Sequence record: MT995927.1
DNA: 64,000 nt
Direction: 5' to 3' (one strand)
This document shows, piece after piece, positions 17,728 to 26,679 of the stretch. Within the stretch, counting starts at the first letter, position 1. Each line of letters opens with the position of its first letter. A model generated the notes under the pieces. It was not told where the DNA came from. It made no database searches and worked only from the letters and a program-made list of their open reading frames with translations. The position numbers and the translations under genes were made by a program.

Positions 17728-18141
17728 GTGCAGTCCATGAAAAACTCTAAGAAAACAACTTATAATGCAATCGATCTAAGTAAATTAAGTAAAGATATGT
17801 TCAGTGGTGGTAGAACCTGGGCAGCGGTTGAGTTTGCAATAAATTGTGCAAATGAGTTAATGGAGTTAAATAGTAAAGGAAATACTATTTTATTTGATGA
17901 CGATATTGTCGACAAAGTTGAATTTGAACTTAAGATCTATGATTGGTGTGATGCACCACATGGCTGTTATCTTTATAGATCTTTATGGAAGAATACTCAG
18001 GAAATTGTCTTTGGTGATAATGTAAATAAAGATGGAAGACTTGTATTGACTAAAGAAGAAGTACGTGAATACTTTTCAAGATTCAAAATTTTCCGTAGTG
18101 TCATGTACTTATCCAACAGTATTAAAAAGTTAAAAGGGTAA
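17728..18141 (+). CDS. Hypothetical early protein
   Basis: First ORF after an early promoter; GAGGAG SD. Confidence 0.7.
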   Translation: MQSMKNSKKTTYNAIDLSKLSKDMFSGGRTWAAVEFAINCANELMELNSKGNTILFDDDIVDKVEFELKIYDWCDAPHGCYLYRSLWKNTQEIVFGDNVNKDGRLVLTKEEVREYFSRFKIFRSVMYLSNSIKKLKG

Positions 18142-18162
18142 CCCTCCCCTACCGATAATACA

Positions 18163-18225
18163 TTCAAAGCATTTTAAACAGTATATCACAAATGTGATAT
18201 TTAACCTTCAATTAATGTAAAAAGG
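18163..18225 (+). promoter_or_regulatory. Early promoter plus conserved leader
   Basis: TTCAAAGCATTTTAAACAG-TATATCAC, then a 31-nt leader (18195-18225) identical to 20046-20076. Confidence 0.8.
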
Positions 18226-18235
18226 AATCTATACC

Positions 18236-18751
18236 ATGTTCGAAATTAAATTTTCTAAAAAAGAACAATTCCCTGGCCGTGGTCACTGCATCGAACTTTA
18301 TGGTGATTATGTCACCGAGCGTGTATGGCATGCAGTGAAACAAATGGTTGAATGTAACATTACCAATCACGAGTTTTATAAGGCAAAAGAAGGTTTCTGT
18401 GTATTCTTCCAAGGTGGGCATGATAACCCTCATGGGAAATGGATCCTTCTGGAATTCTGGGTAGACGACATCGAGAAGACTCGTGAGTTCGTTCGTCTCT
18501 TGACCATCACTATTAATCGAGTATTGACGGAGCGTTTTACTCAAATCTGCGTTAACCCTAATCAAATGGGTTATGCAGATGGGGCAGGTGCATATACTGT
18601 ACTTGGCGAAATCCATAAAGAAACTGGATGTCGTGTTAATTGGGGTAGTCCGACTACACCCATTACCTTCTATCCAGAAAATAACTTGGAACATCGTAAA
18701 GTACTCGACTTGTGTGAAACCTTCGAACTCCCAGTAACTAAATGGGTATAA
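18236..18751 (+). CDS. Hypothetical early protein
   Basis: 171 aa; AAGGA SD. Confidence 0.75.
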   Translation: MFEIKFSKKEQFPGRGHCIELYGDYVTERVWHAVKQMVECNITNHEFYKAKEGFCVFFQGGHDNPHGKWILLEFWVDDIEKTREFVRLLTITINRVLTERFTQICVNPNQMGYADGAGAYTVLGEIHKETGCRVNWGSPTTPITFYPENNLEHRKVLDLCETFELPVTKWV

Positions 18752-18768
18752 TTAGAGGATAAAGTGCC

Positions 18769-19005
18769 ATGTACATCGTTATCCACAGAGACGAGTCTGA
18801 AAGACATGAATTGACTGTAGGTGATCCTAAAGATCTTATCGCGATCTTAGTCATTCTGGAGAATAGTGATAAAGTCATTGAATATAAGGTTATCGATTCG
18901 GATGTTGGTGTAATCAAGGACTTTAGATACTCATTTGGTTGGGGTAACGGGTTCTTCACTAAAAATGCAAAAGATAATTTTAACTGGAATCAATCGAGGA
19001 AATAA
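18769..19005 (+). CDS. Hypothetical early protein
   Basis: 78 aa; GAGGA SD. Confidence 0.65.
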   Translation: MYIVIHRDESERHELTVGDPKDLIAILVILENSDKVIEYKVIDSDVGVIKDFRYSFGWGNGFFTKNAKDNFNWNQSRK

Positions 19006-19007
19006 TA

Positions 19008-19220
19008 ATGGCTAACAGTAAAATCAGTGGCGAAGCTGTAATGAAATATCTACGTTCTCGAAATGACCACGTGGATTTTATGCGAGATAAACTGTCGGTT
19101 TACATTGAAAATGATGAAGTGGTAGTTAAGATTATAGATACTACTTCAGGTGGTTCTGCAACACACCACTCAGGTTATGATGTAAACAACTTTGAAAGAA
19201 CGTATGGTCAAACTAACTAA
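19008..19220 (+). CDS. Hypothetical early protein
   Basis: 70 aa; GAGGA SD; followed by a terminator. Confidence 0.65.
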   Translation: MANSKISGEAVMKYLRSRNDHVDFMRDKLSVYIENDEVVVKIIDTTSGGSATHHSGYDVNNFERTYGQTN

Positions 19221-19251
19221 ATAAATTAGTAACACTTATTGGCGACATACA

Positions 19252-19278
19252 CCCTCCCTTCGGGGAGGGCTTTATTTT
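19252..19278 (+). terminator. Intrinsic terminator
   Basis: CCCTCCC-TTCG-GGGAGGG-CTTTATTTT. Confidence 0.85.
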
Positions 19279-19321
19279 CAATATAGACATATTTTTTTAA
19301 TACATTAGTTGGAGTTTAAAA

Positions 19322-19654
19322 ATGTTTAATAAAAATTTTATCAATGGTATTCAAATTTTTGTTGCCGCAACTACTGTTGCTACAACTATTGTTAAGTTAG
19401 TCGAATCATATAACAAATTAAATGAAGAAAAATCGGCTAACGATGTATGTAAGAAAATCCATATGGAAATCCATAAATTAACTAGCCTGTTTATCGAACA
19501 AGATATACCTAATGAAGAACGCTGTGTTAGGTTACGTAAAACTGTTGATACATTAGTTAATAAACACTGCTCTAAATTAACTGGCCGCCGGCGACTCAGG
19601 GCTGTTGCAGAAATCACTCGACATGTAGATGACTATTGTCGTCTGTGGAAATGA
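19322..19654 (+). CDS. Hypothetical protein with hydrophobic N-terminal helix
   Basis: GIQIFVAATTVATTIV segment; GGAG SD. Confidence 0.65.
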   Translation: MFNKNFINGIQIFVAATTVATTIVKLVESYNKLNEEKSANDVCKKIHMEIHKLTSLFIEQDIPNEERCVRLRKTVDTLVNKHCSKLTGRRRLRAVAEITRHVDDYCRLWK

Positions 19655-19663
19655 AATAATACA

Positions 19664-19690
19664 TTCAAACCATTTTAACCAGTATATCAC
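19664..19690 (+). promoter_or_regulatory. Phage early promoter (class A)
   Basis: TTCAAACCATTTTAACCAG-TATATCAC. Confidence 0.8.
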
Positions 19691-19735
19691 AACAGTGTAA
19701 TTAAACCTATTAAATCAGTAAAAAGGAATCAAACT

Positions 19736-19996
19736 ATGACAACTTTCCTGACTTTTAAATCTGACGAAGACTTGGAGAAAGAAGCAATCCGTCGTGCACG
19801 TGCTATCATGGGTTTCCGTGGTGACCGTGATGCAGCTACTCGTCAGGTATGCATCAATCCTGTACGAGGTAAGGATTACCGTAACTGGTTATCCCATAGC
19901 GCTACCTGGAAAGATGGTAACATTGTTGTTGATGAAGATAGTCTCATTGAGCTAGCCCGTGCCATCATTGATGAGACCTACCTGCACGATATGTAA
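19736..19996 (+). CDS. Hypothetical early protein
   Basis: 86 aa; AAGGA SD; host-like codons. Confidence 0.7.
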   Translation: MTTFLTFKSDEDLEKEAIRRARAIMGFRGDRDAATRQVCINPVRGKDYRNWLSHSATWKDGNIVVDEDSLIELARAIIDETYLHDM

Positions 19997-20013
19997 TAAC
20001 TACTACTCCCTTA

Positions 20014-20076
20014 TTCAAACATATTTAAACAGTATATTACTAACTTGATATTTAACCTTCAATTAATGTAAAAAGG
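20014..20076 (+). promoter_or_regulatory. Early promoter plus conserved leader
   Basis: Promoter identical to 17659-17685; leader identical to 18195-18225. Confidence 0.85.
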
Positions 20077-20086
20077 GACTTTAAAA

Positions 20087-20236
20087 ATGAAAGCATTCGC
20101 ACTAGTGGTTATTGGTTTGACTTTTGGTGGACTGTTTGTAAACGCTAAGTTTGAAGAGCAAACTATTTCTAATGAAACTGTTATCCTCGGTCATCGTATC
20201 GGTCCCAATGGTCAAGAAATGCTCGTAACTAAATAG
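20087..20236 (+). CDS. 49-aa membrane or exported peptide absent from the ORF track (MKAFALVVIGLTFGGLFVNAKFEEQTISNETVILGHRIGPNGQEMLVTK)
   Basis: Hand-translated; follows the AAAAGGGA SD of the early leader; signal-peptide-like N-terminus. Confidence 0.7.
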   Translation: MKAFALVVIGLTFGGLFVNAKFEEQTISNETVILGHRIGPNGQEMLVTK

Positions 20237-20246
20237 AGAAATAAAA

Positions 20247-20588
20247 ATGGAAAAGTCCGTAGCAGTTAAAGTAATCGACAACATGTGCCGTCCGAATATC
20301 GTTGCTCGCATGAATGGTAAACTGGTCTACCATGCTCGTAATGTAAAAATAGTAGAAGGTAAGGATCTATGGCCGAACCGCACTGACGTAGATGATGTTC
20401 GTGTACTGGTCGGTGAAGCCTTCCGTAACGGTGAATGGGTACCCATGCGCAGTTCTAGCCTGGTTAACGTAGATGCTGTTACCGGTGTATACGAAACCCT
20501 CAACTCTGTTTACATTGCTCCGGATCTTCTGGGAAGTCTCTCGGTGGGTCCTGATATCTTCAATGATGATGCAACTTTGAAAGGATAA
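20247..20588 (+). CDS. Hypothetical early protein
   Basis: 113 aa, collinear in the early operon. Confidence 0.7.
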   Translation: MEKSVAVKVIDNMCRPNIVARMNGKLVYHARNVKIVEGKDLWPNRTDVDDVRVLVGEAFRNGEWVPMRSSSLVNVDAVTGVYETLNSVYIAPDLLGSLSVGPDIFNDDATLKG

Positions 20589-20593
20589 TCAAT

Positions 20594-20992
20594 ATGAACT
20601 TCATCAAAGAAAACGCACTTGGTCTTGGTCTTATTGCACTGGCAGTTGGCGCAACAGCCGTTGCTGCCATCCTCGCGGTCAAAGCTACCGTAAAGGAAGA
20701 CGGTCAGGCTGTAGCCGAACAGATCGAAAGCAGTATCTCTGATATTCTTATCGATAAGATCTCCACCTACCGTAACAGTGAACAACATCGCAAGCTGGTA
20801 AATCATCTTCGTCGAGATCACGAGTTGGATGTCGCAGAGTTCATCTCACGGACCCAATTGGACATCGCGCTCAACATTCTTCCAGAGGTAGAAGTACTTC
20901 TGGAATCTCATCGTGATCAGCTGACCGTGGAAGAGTTCGATCGACTGGTTGCAAATCTCCAACATTTCGTGCAACGGATCATCACTAAGTGA
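20594..20992 (+). CDS. Early protein with N-terminal TM anchor and helical domain
   Basis: ALGLGLIALAVGATAVAAILAV segment. Confidence 0.75.
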   Translation: MNFIKENALGLGLIALAVGATAVAAILAVKATVKEDGQAVAEQIESSISDILIDKISTYRNSEQHRKLVNHLRRDHELDVAEFISRTQLDIALNILPEVEVLLESHRDQLTVEEFDRLVANLQHFVQRIITK

Positions 20993-21132
20993 AAACCAAA
21001 ATAGTGGTAGGTTTTCTTGCAGTTCTAATAGAACTGACCAAACCCGAAGGTAAGGTTTCGAAGGAATGGTGTCAACAGCCGGCTAAACCGAAATGTACTA
21101 TGTTTGTATTTACTATTACTGAGGAATAATAA

Positions 21133-21540
21133 ATGGATAGTCGTCTGTCGAGAGTCTTCCAAAACGTGGACCATGTGTTCACCCAAGAACAGACCAATGA
21201 ACTGGTCAACCGTCGTAATGAAGACATGTTGTTGACTGTACAGGTTGATGACATGTTGGCATTGATCCATAACGACCATGTTAAGTACAGGGACCTAGTA
21301 AAGATTATCATCGAAGATACTATCGCCTTCATAAAAGCAGAGCGTCTCTCGCTCATTGGTATAGGTCTTTTCAACAAGATGGTCTATGTTGATCAAGGCC
21401 CGGATGCTGTTGGCTTTTTAGAATATATTAAGGTAGCTGAGTACACATCCACTCACGTGGATGAGTCCAATGCATGGGTAAATATGTATCGCAATAAGAT
21501 AAAGACTTTCATGCTACCAATTCTCTCTCAGCTTCTGTGA
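21133..21540 (+). CDS. Hypothetical early protein
   Basis: 135 aa; GAGGA SD. Confidence 0.7.
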   Translation: MDSRLSRVFQNVDHVFTQEQTNELVNRRNEDMLLTVQVDDMLALIHNDHVKYRDLVKIIIEDTIAFIKAERLSLIGIGLFNKMVYVDQGPDAVGFLEYIKVAEYTSTHVDESNAWVNMYRNKIKTFMLPILSQLL

Positions 21541-21689
21541 TATGAATAAACCAGCGCCCGAGGGTACTGTCAAAGAACTGACCCAGGAATAAAAGATGGG
21601 ACTCTTCGGAGACTCCATCCCAATGTATCTTGGAAAGGATGCATTGGGATGTACATAATCCAAATTAATCGTAAAAAGGAAAATACACC

Positions 21690-22802
21690 ATGAAACAATA
21701 TCGTGAACCCGTAACCCGTCTGACCAAAGAAAAACTGGAATGGGTTATCAGCCGTCGTAAAGAAAGAAAGGCCGAACAACCTTTCGGTCGTGCCCATTTC
21801 CCTGCCGGTACTCGTGCTATCTTCGAATCCTGTTCCCTTCGTTACCTGGATGAGAATGAACGTGTGTATCCTGGACAGCGCTACGAGACATTCGAAGCTA
21901 CTGTTCTCGGCGTTGTGGCCAATGGTCATAACAGTTATGTCGCTATTCTGGACATGCCCTGTGATCTTACTGAAAGCCGTAACAAGGCAATCAACGTCAG
22001 TTGGTGCCGTGGTATTGTATCGCGCGGTGAAGGTAATTTCACCTGGTTCAAAGAAGAGTCAACCGAGTATGATCGCAATCATGGTTGGAACATCCGCGAG
22101 AAACATCCGACTGTTCGTTGGGCAGAAGGTCCTCGTCCTACTAAAGTACGTAGCCTTACCTGGGCAGAGGAATTCGATTATAACCGCGCAGTAGATCCGG
22201 TATACATCGAAATCAACAAACATCACAGTCAGTACTATATCACTGACATGCGTTCGTTTGTGATGTTCACTCTTCGGGAACATCCTGCTTATGCAAACTC
22301 GTTTAAAGATCATCTGCACAAACTGGACAAGCTAGTCATGGCGCTGTACTCCGATCCGACTATCAAAGCAGCTGAAGTAAAGCTGTCTCGCTACTCTGTT
22401 AGCTGGTTGATCAGCAAGAAGAAGTTCCATAAAGTCCTGCAACGCCTGCTTCCGTTCTACAAGACTTCTCGTCGTAAGGCGCAAGAAGAAGACGATAAAG
22501 CAATTAGCGAGATGTATGAGGCTGAACTGGACCGTGACCTCAGTGAACAGTATGGTGAGTCTGATGATACCTCGGATGAATCAAGCTATTCATGGAATGA
22601 CAGCACGCCCCTGGATGATGATGATCTGAATGTGTTTGATATGTACGACGACTCGGCATGCTCGCGTGAAATCAGTGATGATGTTCAACCCAAAACTATT
22701 GGTGAACTCCTGCGTGAAGCAATGGAGAACCCTGAAGAAGAGAAATCCAAATTAGTTATTGGAAGTATGGAAACTCTTTCTAAAGCGGTTATCATCAAAT
22801 AG
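21690..22802 (+). CDS. Early protein, probably the phiKZ014-type ribosome-binding protein
   Basis: 370 aa with basic N-terminus and long acidic C-terminal tail; identity inferred from position and architecture. Confidence 0.55.
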   Translation: MKQYREPVTRLTKEKLEWVISRRKERKAEQPFGRAHFPAGTRAIFESCSLRYLDENERVYPGQRYETFEATVLGVVANGHNSYVAILDMPCDLTESRNKAINVSWCRGIVSRGEGNFTWFKEESTEYDRNHGWNIREKHPTVRWAEGPRPTKVRSLTWAEEFDYNRAVDPVYIEINKHHSQYYITDMRSFVMFTLREHPAYANSFKDHLHKLDKLVMALYSDPTIKAAEVKLSRYSVSWLISKKKFHKVLQRLLPFYKTSRRKAQEEDDKAISEMYEAELDRDLSEQYGESDDTSDESSYSWNDSTPLDDDDLNVFDMYDDSACSREISDDVQPKTIGELLREAMENPEEEKSKLVIGSMETLSKAVIIK

Positions 22803-22817
22803 ATTACACGCAATAAT

Positions 22818-22844
22818 GGGAGTCTTCGGACTCCCTTTTATTTT
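22818..22844 (+). terminator. Intrinsic terminator
   Basis: GGGAGTC-TTCG-GACTCCC-TTTTATTTT. Confidence 0.9.
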
Positions 22845-22906
22845 CTACATCGTAATATTTTTTTATTTAGCAATATATTCATAAACTGTAAAAAGGAAGA
22901 TATCTC

Positions 22907-23908
22907 ATGATCATCAATGCAACCATCACTCGCGCAATGTTGAGTGCTCAAACTACAGAATCATCGCTTCTGTTTATTCTGACACACCTACATGGCAGTC
23001 CAGATGCTACTTCGTCGGATATGAACGACACCAAGCGCATTCTCGCCTCTAACGATCCTCTAAGTACCCTGTGGCAATGTGGTTGCCATTTGGTCGTATC
23101 GGAAGACGAACGCTGGTTCATTTCTCCATTCGGTGATACTGTACGCCTGGCATACCAGCACAAAGTACGTGGTAGCTGGATTACTTTCGGCATAGACCTG
23201 TTCGATCCGGAAGAATCCGAATCGGTACTATTGGCTATCCGTAGGCGGCTCCGCACCGGTTTCCCAGCAGATGAACTTGAAGTTAACTGTGGTATCAAAG
23301 GTTACCTCGAAGAAAGTTACGAGGTCAACGGGACCGGTTTGTGGAGCGTAGGTCGGATCATTCTGGCTCTGCATCCCACCAGCCCTTTCCGTTTTGCTGC
23401 TCTGGAACGTTTGTACGAGATTGCTAAGTTCCATAAGAACTACGCTGACATCGTGGATAATGTCGGGATCAATCATGATCGTAATTACCTGAATAACATC
23501 GTTGATGGAAAATGGGTGGTCGAAGAGAAAGATGCTCAAGCTGTATTGAACAGCTACTTCACTTCGATGCTGAAGTTATTCTTCGACCGTGGTTTCTACT
23601 ATCAGGATACTATCGATGGCGGCAGGATCGATGTTCGTAGCAATGAAGGATCGTACTACCTCATTGGTGGTAATGCCACTGTAAATACCATCAATATCAC
23701 TTACCTCAGTGCTAACAAAATAGAGATTCGTGATGGTGAATGGGAGTTCGCTTGGGACTGCAACAACACTGAATACTTCTTCGCTGAACATCCAGTAGAT
23801 GCACTGCTTGCATATCACAAGCGTGTTGATCAGGAACATTCTTACAAAGCCACTGGTCTTGGTCATAGCCTGGAAGACATCCACAAGGTTCAACATATTC
23901 TAAAATGA
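22907..23908 (+). CDS. Hypothetical early protein
   Basis: 333 aa; AAGGAAG SD. Confidence 0.75.
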   Translation: MIINATITRAMLSAQTTESSLLFILTHLHGSPDATSSDMNDTKRILASNDPLSTLWQCGCHLVVSEDERWFISPFGDTVRLAYQHKVRGSWITFGIDLFDPEESESVLLAIRRRLRTGFPADELEVNCGIKGYLEESYEVNGTGLWSVGRIILALHPTSPFRFAALERLYEIAKFHKNYADIVDNVGINHDRNYLNNIVDGKWVVEEKDAQAVLNSYFTSMLKLFFDRGFYYQDTIDGGRIDVRSNEGSYYLIGGNATVNTINITYLSANKIEIRDGEWEFAWDCNNTEYFFAEHPVDALLAYHKRVDQEHSYKATGLGHSLEDIHKVQHILK

Positions 23909-23920
23909 GGAAGATTAATT

Positions 23921-24400
23921 ATGTCGTATAACCTAGGCATTGTCACTCGCAATAAGTCGGCACTGATTGTCACCAATGATTACAAATATGATGAGTTCGT
24001 TCTACTAAAACCGACCAGTGGTCTCAAGGTAGAAGGTCAGTTGGTGCAATTGGTCTGTATCTGTTTCGGTGACAAGGAAAAGCGTTCTCTGACTCACAAG
24101 ATCATGACCAATGCTGAACAAGCAGATTACACCAAGGAAGACATCCTGGCTATGATGAAGGAACACGGTGTAGAACTTCGAGTGATCACTGATAAGGCAG
24201 TTCATGTATTTCAGTACATTCGTGATGTGGCTATCCATGGTGTGGTTGATTCCAATAACACCACCTTCTGGTTCGGCGACACGGAACACCGAAAATTGTT
24301 TTATCCGTATTGCGGTATTGAAGGTAAATCTTTTCATCATGCCCATCGTGATAAAGAATTGTGTCGGGTATTTGAGTTTGTCGCTGTAATCAATTGGTAA
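23921..24400 (+). CDS. Hypothetical early protein
   Basis: 159 aa; GAGGA SD. Confidence 0.75.
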   Translation: MSYNLGIVTRNKSALIVTNDYKYDEFVLLKPTSGLKVEGQLVQLVCICFGDKEKRSLTHKIMTNAEQADYTKEDILAMMKEHGVELRVITDKAVHVFQYIRDVAIHGVVDSNNTTFWFGDTEHRKLFYPYCGIEGKSFHHAHRDKELCRVFEFVAVINW

Positions 24401-24407
24401 CGATATA

Positions 24408-24437
24408 AATACCCTCCTTCGGGAGGGTATTTATTTT
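24408..24437 (+). terminator. Intrinsic terminator
   Basis: AATACCCTCC-TTCG-GGAGGGTATT-TATTTT. Confidence 0.85.
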
Positions 24438-24456
24438 GTGATTAGAGGAATAAAAA

Positions 24457-24600
24457 ATGGTAGGTTATCGTATTATTGCTTTTAATGGTACTCAGTGGGA
24501 ATCTCCGAGTGGGTACACCATTCAGCAAGCGGTGAATGAGTTCCTAAAGAAATATGATTTACATGAATTAGATATTCGCAGTATTACCGCATTACACTAA
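24457..24600 (+). CDS. 47-aa small protein absent from the ORF track
   Basis: Hand-translated MVGYRIIAFNGTQWESPSGYTIQQAVNEFLKKYDLHELDIRSITALH; GAGGA SD. Confidence 0.6.
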   Translation: MVGYRIIAFNGTQWESPSGYTIQQAVNEFLKKYDLHELDIRSITALH

Positions 24601-24628
24601 ATCCAATTTTAAATAGGAATACGTATTA

Positions 24629-25021
24629 ATGAATTATAATGCAGAGAAATATGCTGCACTGCTAGTTTCAATTGCAGCAAACATTGACACTGTAAATAAA
24701 CTCACCAAAGAAATTTTATCGTCTTCTGATAATAGGGATTTTCTCTATGATGTGCATCAAATGACTGACATGTCCCTCGCCAGTCTTCATACGCATCTAA
24801 CTAAAGAAGTCGAAAAGTTGGTAGAAACAATGGATCTAGTTAAAGATGGTCTATATGTCCAGGATGTTGAACTCATTAAGGGTAAGGGAAACTGGCGACA
24901 TATCGCGGATAATGAACCTACCATCAACGCTATTAAAGCACTGCGTAAACACATTGGCGAAATCAGTGCATTAGAAGCTAGAACTGTTGTTAAAGGTTAC
25001 AAGGCAGGTGTCTTAAAATAA
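24629..25021 (+). CDS. Hypothetical protein
   Basis: 130 aa; AGGA SD. Confidence 0.7.
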   Translation: MNYNAEKYAALLVSIAANIDTVNKLTKEILSSSDNRDFLYDVHQMTDMSLASLHTHLTKEVEKLVETMDLVKDGLYVQDVELIKGKGNWRHIADNEPTINAIKALRKHIGEISALEARTVVKGYKAGVLK

Positions 25022-25060
25022 CATCGAATAGTATTAAGTCTACCTCCTAAGGAAAATATA

Positions 25061-25390
25061 ATGTCCAATATGAAAAAATCTAGTTTGAAAGAATTCTTCG
25101 AACATATCACTCAGGCTGATCCATTTAATCCTTATTCCTTCATCTACTCCAGACCTATGCAATACACTGGTGAAGATAGTGAGTACGCACTACATGTTAC
25201 GTATGTGCATGGTGCAGCTTACATTGAAGGTCTTGTTGGCCATGAAGGAATCAGAATCAATGTATTCTACAATAAACTCCAAGGTATTCAACTTTGGACA
25301 TACTTTGATAATGAACCTCGTGTTGATTCATGGCCGTATTATCAAGTTGATGCAGCTTTAGAAGAAATCATCCGCCTAACTAAACTATAA
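25061..25390 (+). CDS. Hypothetical protein
   Basis: 109 aa; AAGGA SD. Confidence 0.7.
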   Translation: MSNMKKSSLKEFFEHITQADPFNPYSFIYSRPMQYTGEDSEYALHVTYVHGAAYIEGLVGHEGIRINVFYNKLQGIQLWTYFDNEPRVDSWPYYQVDAALEEIIRLTKL

Positions 25391-25409
25391 ACTCTATTTA
25401 TAAAAATAG

Positions 25410-25628
25410 GTGAAGAAAATGATCTATCTGGGATGGTTTACCATTATCTTTGTTACAATGAGTCTGTGTCTGTTTTATGTATTTTGTCACCGTAGTATTC
25501 GTGAATCACACCCAAGTGTAATAGAAAAACAGACTACTCGAAAAATTGTTATTTGGGCTGGTATTCTATTGGCGCTCGCTTACTTAAATGAAATCAGCCG
25601 AGTCTATATAGAGCAGATGGTAACCTAA
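25410..25628 (+). CDS. Small 2-TM membrane protein
   Basis: Two hydrophobic helices (IYLGWFTIIFVTMSLCLFYVF and IVIWAGILLALAYL). Confidence 0.65.
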   Translation: MKKMIYLGWFTIIFVTMSLCLFYVFCHRSIRESHPSVIEKQTTRKIVIWAGILLALAYLNEISRVYIEQMVT

Positions 25629-25685
25629 ATATTTAATAACTCCGAAATAATCAAAACTATTTAATATATCAAAAGGAATATTTCA

Positions 25686-25973
25686 ATGTTTGAAACTCAA
25701 GTCGCCCTTACTGATAAACTCAAACAGATCTTCGATCAGATGACCAATGAGTTCATTCGTGAGAAAGGTTACATTACTTGTGAGTTTTCCATCCAACAAA
25801 AATATCTTGCGGCTGCTCACGATTATGCTTATTTGAAAAACCGTGAACTACCTTCGTATGGAATGTGGCGTATCTTCAAATGCGAGGCATGTATCAGCCA
25901 TAATGTGGAGCATCCTTATCATGTCGAAATCGTGGCGCTGGCGGCCATCGATACGAAGGAACACAATATCTAA
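25686..25973 (+). CDS. Hypothetical protein
   Basis: 95 aa; AAGGA SD. Confidence 0.7.
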   Translation: MFETQVALTDKLKQIFDQMTNEFIREKGYITCEFSIQQKYLAAAHDYAYLKNRELPSYGMWRIFKCEACISHNVEHPYHVEIVALAAIDTKEHNI

Positions 25974-26023
25974 CAACTGGAAGATATTCATAATGTCCAA
26001 CATACTAAACGTAAGCCCACCGT

Positions 26024-26329
26024 GTGGGAACAAGAGAAGTGATTAACATTAATCATGATCTACCTATCTGGATATTACTACTGTTAAGTACAGCTACATC
26101 ATTCATCTATGCCTTTGTAAAAACCTTTCAGCAAAGAAACATCTTTCATGGGTACAAAAAAGCTGCTTTCTTCACCTCATGGGGTATCAGTACCCTTGAG
26201 TTGACCACCATTGGACTATTTGTAATAGTGGGTCTTCCTGCTATCATATCCAGCGGTCTAGGTGGTTCGATAGGCGTCGTGTTGGCAATGACGTTCCATG
26301 ATAAGATTTTTCGTAAAACAACAGAATAG
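26024..26329 (+). CDS. Small multi-TM membrane protein
   Basis: About three hydrophobic segments; GLGGSIGVVLAM glycine-rich helix; true start may be the GTG at 26039. Confidence 0.65.
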   Translation: MGTREVININHDLPIWILLLLSTATSFIYAFVKTFQQRNIFHGYKKAAFFTSWGISTLELTTIGLFVIVGLPAIISSGLGGSIGVVLAMTFHDKIFRKTTE

Positions 26330-26340
26330 GAAAAAACATA

Positions 26341-26679
26341 ATGTCTAGGAAACTTGGAAAGAAGCATCCTGATAATAATCATGTCGATGCCAAGAACTAT
26401 GAACATCGCCTGCGTACCGAGAAAGCATCCCTGGCTAATTGCCGCCTGGGGCAGCTGTACTCTGTCCGTATCCTGAACGACAACTGTTTTCTGCGTAATC
26501 GTTACATGTGTAAGACGCAGGATATGTTTGACCCTCTACGTCTTACCCCGGCTAAACGGGAACGTTATTTCAAAGGTGAGCGTTATTGGCTCAATGCTGG
26601 ATCGGGTAAATTCATTCGTTCTGGCTATGAAAAGAACTGGGCTAAGAATAAACGTAAGGAGATGGCAAATGAACAATAG
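26341..26679 (+). CDS. Basic hypothetical protein
   Basis: 112 aa, K/R-rich; AGGA SD. Confidence 0.65.
   Translation: MSRKLGKKHPDNNHVDAKNYEHRLRTEKASLANCRLGQLYSVRILNDNCFLRNRYMCKTQDMFDPLRLTPAKRERYFKGERYWLNAGSGKFIRSGYEKNWAKNKRKEMANEQ

Noticed and set aside
17659-20076. Repeats as a CRISPR mini-array
   Set aside because: Spacing is irregular (hundreds of bp to kb), the intervals are genes, and the repeats carry the early promoter core
20989-21129. Possible 46-codon GTG ORF between two early genes
   Set aside because: No SD and no other support; not called
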